From assembly GCF_020745735.1 (NCBI RefSeq), contig NW_026867716.1, positions 62,001 to 122,477 on the forward strand: a DNA stretch of 60,477 nt. Direction: 5' to 3'. Under the pieces are notes generated by a model, which was not told where the DNA came from, did not search any database, and worked only from the letters and a program-made list of their open reading frames with translations. The stretch comes from Hemiscyllium ocellatum (lineage: Eukaryota). Shown here in pieces: positions 60,345 to 60,477 of this stretch. How positions within the stretch are numbered: the first letter of the stretch is position 1; each line of letters begins with the position of its first letter. The translations under genes and the position numbers were made by a program.

Positions 60345-60477
60345 TGTCAATGTGTTGCTGGAAAAGCACAGCAGGTCAGGCAGCATCCAAGGAGCAGGAG
60401 AATCGACGTTTCGGGTCATGAGCCCTTCTCCAGAAATGAGGAGAGTATGCCAAACAGGCTAAGATAAAAGGTAGGGA
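60345..60477 (-). mobile_element. 3' end (pLTR) of a further Penelope-like element running off the window
   Basis: aatgtgttgctggaaaagcacagcagg...aatcgacgtttcggg...aggctaagataaaaggtaggga, same as 54795-54920. Confidence 0.85.

Overview
Repeat-dense vertebrate DNA, almost certainly from a cartilaginous fish (inference: HE1-type tRNA SINEs with (TAATC)n tails, HER1/CR1-type LINEs and abundant Penelope-like elements point to a shark). Most ORF-track entries are transposon fragments or their antisense frames. The genic content is a split-exon cluster of immunoglobulin-superfamily receptors undergoing birth-and-death evolution. (1) Minus strand: four V-set Ig exons as a tandem duplicate, V1A(58349-58732)-V2A(50662-51009)-V1B(39939-40319)-V2B(35501-35849), then one transmembrane exon (33840-33941) and candidate tail exons. 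V1 is clearly Siglec-15-like. V1A and V2B are disrupted while V2A and V1B are open. No intact C2-set exon is visible and the TM lacks a charged residue. (2) Plus strand: three small phase-compatible exons (11636-11689, 11785-11820, 12343-12380) encode a cytoplasmic tail with two tyrosine motifs (CTYASI and the ITIM VTYAAV). (3) An inverted paralog of that tail locus (about 21350-22710) has lost the ITIM exon. Also present: a decayed C2H2 zinc-finger array, a decayed retrovirus-like pol with tether plus second RNase H, solo LTRs with TSDs, many Penelope termini carrying minimal hammerhead-ribozyme cores, several local duplications and a 283-N gap. All calls are from manual reading. LINE fragment boundaries are approximate and no database searches were run.
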